64,000 nt of DNA from an uncultured Muribaculaceae bacterium (GTDB taxonomy: Bacteria > Bacillota_I > Bacilli_A > RF39 > UBA660): NCBI GenBank assembly GCA_964370545.1, contig CAYJJQ010000001.1, forward strand, positions 25,605 to 89,604. Direction: 5' to 3'. This document shows positions 60,347 through 64,000 of the stretch, one piece after another (position 1 is the stretch's first letter; every line of letters starts with the position of its first letter). The notes under the pieces are model-generated. The model saw nothing but the letters and a program-made list of their open reading frames with translations. It was not told the DNA's origin and did not search any database. Made by a program: the position numbers and the translations under genes.

Positions 60347-61453
60347 ATGATTAAAGTTATGAGTATTTTTGGTACAAGACCAGAGGCGATTAAAATGGCT
60401 CCGGTAGTTAAAGAGTTGGAATCTAGAAATGAAATTAAAAGTATAGTTTGTGTTACTGCTCAACATCGAGAAATGCTAGATCAGGTATTAGAAACATTTC
60501 AGATAAAACCTGATTATGATTTAAATATAATGCAACATGGACAAACTCTGGCTGAAGTTACTTCAAAATCGCTTAATGGATTAGATGAGGTCATAAAATC
60601 TGAAAAACCAGATATAGTTCTTGTACATGGAGATACAACTACTACTTTAGCTGGAGCTTTAGCAGCATTTTACAATCAAGTTAAAGTAGGGCATGTTGAA
60701 GCAGGTCTTAGAACATATGATAAAAATTCTCCTTGGCCAGAAGAAATAAACAGGCAAATTGTAGGTAATATAGCAGACTTGAATTTTGCGCCAACTAAAC
60801 TTAGTGCTAATAATTTACATTTAGAAAACAAGAAAAAAAATACAATATATATAACAGGTAATACCGCTATTGATGCGATGTCTACAACTGTAAAAAATAA
60901 TTATAATCATAGAGAATTAGATTGGATAACTAATAAGGAAAAATTAATTTTGTTAACTGCGCATAGAAGAGAGAATTTAGGAAAACCAATGAGAAATATT
61001 TTTAGTGCTATAAAAAAGATTGTTGATGAATTTAACTACGTGAAAGTTATTTATCCGATCCATTTAAATCCCAAAGTTAGGGAAATTGCTCATGAAATAT
61101 TTGGTGATTGTGATAGGGTTAAATTGATTGAGCCTCTTGAAGTTTTTGATTTTCATAACTTTTTAAATAGAGCACATATCATTCTTACTGATTCAGGCGG
61201 TATTCAAGAAGAAGCTCCTGGCTTAGGTAAACCAGTTCTTGTTTTAAGAGATACTACTGAAAGACCGGAGGGAATAGAAGCTGGAACATTAAAGTTAGTA
61301 GGAACAGATGAATATATAATATATGAAGAAACAAAAAAATTGTTAACCTCGAAACAAGAATATGAAAATATGAGTAAAGCGTCAAATCCTTATGGCGATG
61401 GAACTTCTAGCAAGCAGATTGTTGACATTATTATAAAAGTATTTAATAGTTGA
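60347..61453 (+). CDS. UDP-N-acetylglucosamine 2-epimerase (non-hydrolysing), MnaA/WecB
   Basis: ATG 60347 gives MIKVMSIFGTRPEAIKMAPV, then HGDTTTTLAGALAAFY and HVEAGLRT motifs. Confidence 0.8.
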   Translation: MIKVMSIFGTRPEAIKMAPVVKELESRNEIKSIVCVTAQHREMLDQVLETFQIKPDYDLNIMQHGQTLAEVTSKSLNGLDEVIKSEKPDIVLVHGDTTTTLAGALAAFYNQVKVGHVEAGLRTYDKNSPWPEEINRQIVGNIADLNFAPTKLSANNLHLENKKKNTIYITGNTAIDAMSTTVKNNYNHRELDWITNKEKLILLTAHRRENLGKPMRNIFSAIKKIVDEFNYVKVIYPIHLNPKVREIAHEIFGDCDRVKLIEPLEVFDFHNFLNRAHIILTDSGGIQEEAPGLGKPVLVLRDTTERPEGIEAGTLKLVGTDEYIIYEETKKLLTSKQEYENMSKASNPYGDGTSSKQIVDIIIKVFNS

Positions 61454-61516
61454 AAGCCAATCTAGCAAATAATATAATTAATACTAGTTTAATTAAACTA
61501 AAAAATGAAAGGTAAC

Positions 61517-62653
61517 ATGAAAAAAATAACTATTTTATCATTGCATACTAAAGCTGGCGGAGTTGAGCGTGCAGTAGCTAGCCTCGCTAATTTGCTATGC
61601 ACAAAATATAGAGTTGAAATTGCAGTTGTTTATAAATTGCAAGAGTTTCCTGCTTTTTCAATAAATGAAAAAGTATCTGTAGTTTATTTATCTAATAATC
61701 TAACTCCAAACAAAGCTGAGTTATTAGATTCTATCAAAAAACGAAAAATAATAAAAATATTTAAAGAAGCAAGGAAATCATTTTATGTGTTATTGGAGAA
61801 AAGAAGAATTACACAAAAATTTATTGAAAAATCTGATAGCGACGTTTTTGTTTCTACAGGTTTATATTTTAATAAATTATTGGGTAAATATGGAAAAAAT
61901 GTTGGAATTAAAATTGCTCAGGAACACAATCATCATAATAATAATATGAAATATATAAAAAGAGTTTTAAAATCTTTAAAAAAGATTGATTATTTTATGC
62001 CAGTGTCATATGAATTATCCGAATTTTATAAAATAAAATTAGAACACAAAAAAACAAAGGTTAAATATATTTCGCATTTTTTGGATTATCAACCTCAAAA
62101 CATATCAAAATTAAATAAAAAAAATCTATTATGGATCGGTAGGCTATCTCAAGAAAAGGGAGTTTATGATTTGCTTTCTATATTCTGTAAAATACAAGAA
62201 ATGGACAATGAATGCAAATTACATATAGTAGGCGATGGTGATTTATATAATAATATGACCGAAAAGGCCAAAGAGCTTAATATATCTAATAATGTCACTT
62301 TCCACGGAACTAAGAATAGGCCTGAAATAGAACAATTGATGTTATCTTCCTTTGCATATGTTATGACTTCTTATTCTGAATCTTTTGGTTTAGTTTTGAT
62401 AGAAGCCGCAAGTTATGGATTACCCCTAATTGCCTTTGATGACGCTAAAGGAGCAAATGAGATTATTGATTCTAACATGGGATTTTTAATAGAAAATAGA
62501 AATATAGATGAATTTGCAAACAAAGTTATGTTGCTTTTAAAAGACAAAAATTTACGAAAAAAAATGGGGGAGCATAGCCTGAAAAAATCTTATGAATACA
62601 ACTCCTTGAACGCAGAGAAAAAATGGTTTGAATTTTTGGAACAAATATTATAA
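61517..62653 (+). CDS. family 1 (GT4) glycosyltransferase
   Basis: ATG 61517 (MKKITILSLHTKAGGVERAV). C-terminal ...SYSESFGLVLIEAASYGLPLIAFD with the GT4 E-x7-E region. Confidence 0.65.
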   Translation: MKKITILSLHTKAGGVERAVASLANLLCTKYRVEIAVVYKLQEFPAFSINEKVSVVYLSNNLTPNKAELLDSIKKRKIIKIFKEARKSFYVLLEKRRITQKFIEKSDSDVFVSTGLYFNKLLGKYGKNVGIKIAQEHNHHNNNMKYIKRVLKSLKKIDYFMPVSYELSEFYKIKLEHKKTKVKYISHFLDYQPQNISKLNKKNLLWIGRLSQEKGVYDLLSIFCKIQEMDNECKLHIVGDGDLYNNMTEKAKELNISNNVTFHGTKNRPEIEQLMLSSFAYVMTSYSESFGLVLIEAASYGLPLIAFDDAKGANEIIDSNMGFLIENRNIDEFANKVMLLLKDKNLRKKMGEHSLKKSYEYNSLNAEKKWFEFLEQIL

Positions 62654-62736
62654 TTATGATATTTGTTTTTTTATAGGCAATGTTGACATGTTCATTTTTT
62701 TGTGTTATTATAGATAATATGAACGGAGTGTGTAAT

Positions 62737-63714
62737 ATGTTTAATTACAAAGTAAAATTGTTTCTTACAATATTTATGTTATTAATTGTAACGGGGTGTG
62801 GAAGTTCTGATGATCAAATTGTAATATATAGCAGTATGGAAGATTTCAAAAATGTAGAACTAACTAAACAATTAGAAGAAAATTTTCCGGATAAAGATAT
62901 AATAATACAATATTATCCTACTGGAAATAACGCTGCTAAAATTCGTAGCGAGGGAACATCAACTGAGGCCGATATTGTCTTAGCTCTGGAAACTATGTAT
63001 TTAGAAGAATTAAAGGACTCATTTGAGGATTTAGATAGTTTTGACACTGGTCATTATTTAGAAAATGTAAACCCGAATCACAATAAATATTTGATTTTTG
63101 AAAAATATAGTGGAACTATTGCTATAAATAAAGAATTTTTTGATGAAGAAAAAATTCCCTATCCAAAAACCTATGAAGATTTGTTAAATCCGGTATTTAA
63201 AAATAAAGTTGCAATGCCAAATCCTAAAACTTCAGGCACAGGGTACTTGTTTGTGATTAATGCAATTAATGAAATGGGGGAAACTAATGCATTTGAATAT
63301 TTTGATCAATTATCAAATAATGTAAAACAATTTACAGCTTCTGGTTCTACTCCGATTAATTTATTAATTCAGGGAGAAGTAGAGATTGCAATGGGGTTGG
63401 TATCATTAGCTGTTAATGAGATTAATCAAGGAGCAAAAATCGAGTTAATTGAACTTGAATCTGGAACTCCTTATAATACTTCAGGCTTGGGAATAGTTAA
63501 AGGAAAATTAGAAAAAGAAGGTGTTTCAGAGGTTTTTGAATTCCTAATGAATGAATGGCTAATTTTTGATAAAGAAAACTATTCTCCTAGTAATATTATA
63601 GAGGGATTGGAATTTAATATAGAAAATTACCCGCTTGATTTGATTGATGCGGATATGACTGGTATAGCAGATTTAAATTATAGAGAAAAAATATTGGCGA
63701 AATGGAAGTATTAA
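62737..63714 (+). CDS. ABC transporter substrate-binding lipoprotein (family 1 solute-binding, iron(III)/polyamine type)
   Basis: ATG 62737 gives MFNYKVKLFLTIFMLLIVTGCGSS, with the lipobox Cys. About 325 aa periplasmic-binding fold. Confidence 0.55.
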   Translation: MFNYKVKLFLTIFMLLIVTGCGSSDDQIVIYSSMEDFKNVELTKQLEENFPDKDIIIQYYPTGNNAAKIRSEGTSTEADIVLALETMYLEELKDSFEDLDSFDTGHYLENVNPNHNKYLIFEKYSGTIAINKEFFDEEKIPYPKTYEDLLNPVFKNKVAMPNPKTSGTGYLFVINAINEMGETNAFEYFDQLSNNVKQFTASGSTPINLLIQGEVEIAMGLVSLAVNEINQGAKIELIELESGTPYNTSGLGIVKGKLEKEGVSEVFEFLMNEWLIFDKENYSPSNIIEGLEFNIENYPLDLIDADMTGIADLNYREKILAKWKY

Positions 63715-63715
63715 T

Positions 63716-64000
63716 GTGAAAAAAATATTAGAAGTAAAAAATATATCAAAATATTATGAAGAAAAAAAAGTGCTATCAGCACTTTCTTTTGATGTTTATG
63801 ATGGGGAGTTTTTATCGATTTTGGGATCATCTGGATGTGGGAAAACCACATTAATTAGAATATTGATTGGAATCGAGAAAATAAAAGAAGGAAATATTTT
63901 TTATAATGGTGAAGATATAACGAACTTTCATCCATCAAAAAGAGAAATGGGATTAGTCTTTCAAAATTATGCTTTATTTCCTAATATGACGGTCCTAGAA
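63716..64000 (+). CDS. ABC transporter ATP-binding protein, partial (runs off the window end)
   Basis: GTG 63716 gives VKKILEVKNISKYYEEKKVLSALSFDVYDGEFLSILGSSGCGKTTLIRIL... with a Walker A motif. Truncated at 64000. Confidence 0.6.
   Translation, partial: MKKILEVKNISKYYEEKKVLSALSFDVYDGEFLSILGSSGCGKTTLIRILIGIEKIKEGNIFYNGEDITNFHPSKREMGLVFQNYALFPNMTVLE

Overview
This is a 64 kb window from an AT-rich (~27-28% GC) Firmicutes chromosome, read with the standard genetic code. The organism is probably a Clostridia-like spore-former, since the window carries CotY/CotZ-like and Coat-F-like spore coat genes. Coding density is high and most genes are on the + strand. Housekeeping genes include tyrS behind a Tyr T-box leader, pcrA, ligA, murC, yebC, a SEDS (FtsW/RodA) protein, an LtaS-like sulfatase, an LCP-family protein, a NatAB-like ABC exporter and a TagO/TagA/MnaA wall-glycopolymer cluster. 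There is a minus-strand tRNA-Gly(GCC) beside a transposase-like gene fragment at the window start. No rRNA genes or CRISPR arrays were found. Three accessory regions stand out. (1) At 9.6-12.4 kb sits an unannotated 57-aa ComGC-like mini-pilin ORF. It is followed by three tandem genes whose products carry TasA/camelysin-type SipW-cognate signal peptides; no sipW gene is in the window. At 20.4-23.6 kb a 1043-aa protein begins with the same TasA-like domain. Its two C-terminal ~835-bp near-identical tandem repeats each end in a ~100-nt GC-rich, adenine-depleted patch. The two copies differ almost only in codons of AAC-derived type (AGC/AAC/TAC/GAC/TTC/GGT/TAT), and the last patch is followed by a GC-rich hairpin. 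This looks like the variable regions of a diversity-generating retroelement target, but the template repeat and reverse transcriptase are not in this window. A stand-alone ComGC-like type IV pilin gene follows. (2) At 33.3-44.2 kb a 13-gene co-directional operon encodes two large secreted proteins and a Tad/Flp-like pilus machinery. The machinery has a CpaB-like protein, a TadA ATPase, TadB-like and TadC-like membrane proteins, four pilin-like proteins with an unusual M[KR]E[AS]xG leader, and a TadZ-like pseudo-ATPase. No prepilin peptidase gene is visible. (3) At 5.4-8.5 kb an SH3b-glucosaminidase-dockerin autolysin gene lies next to a membrane-anchored cohesin gene. There is also a convergent pair of paralogous membrane-anchored proteins (44.3-47.0 kb) whose linkers are simple-sequence repeats (Pro-Thr repeat versus poly-Asp/Lys).
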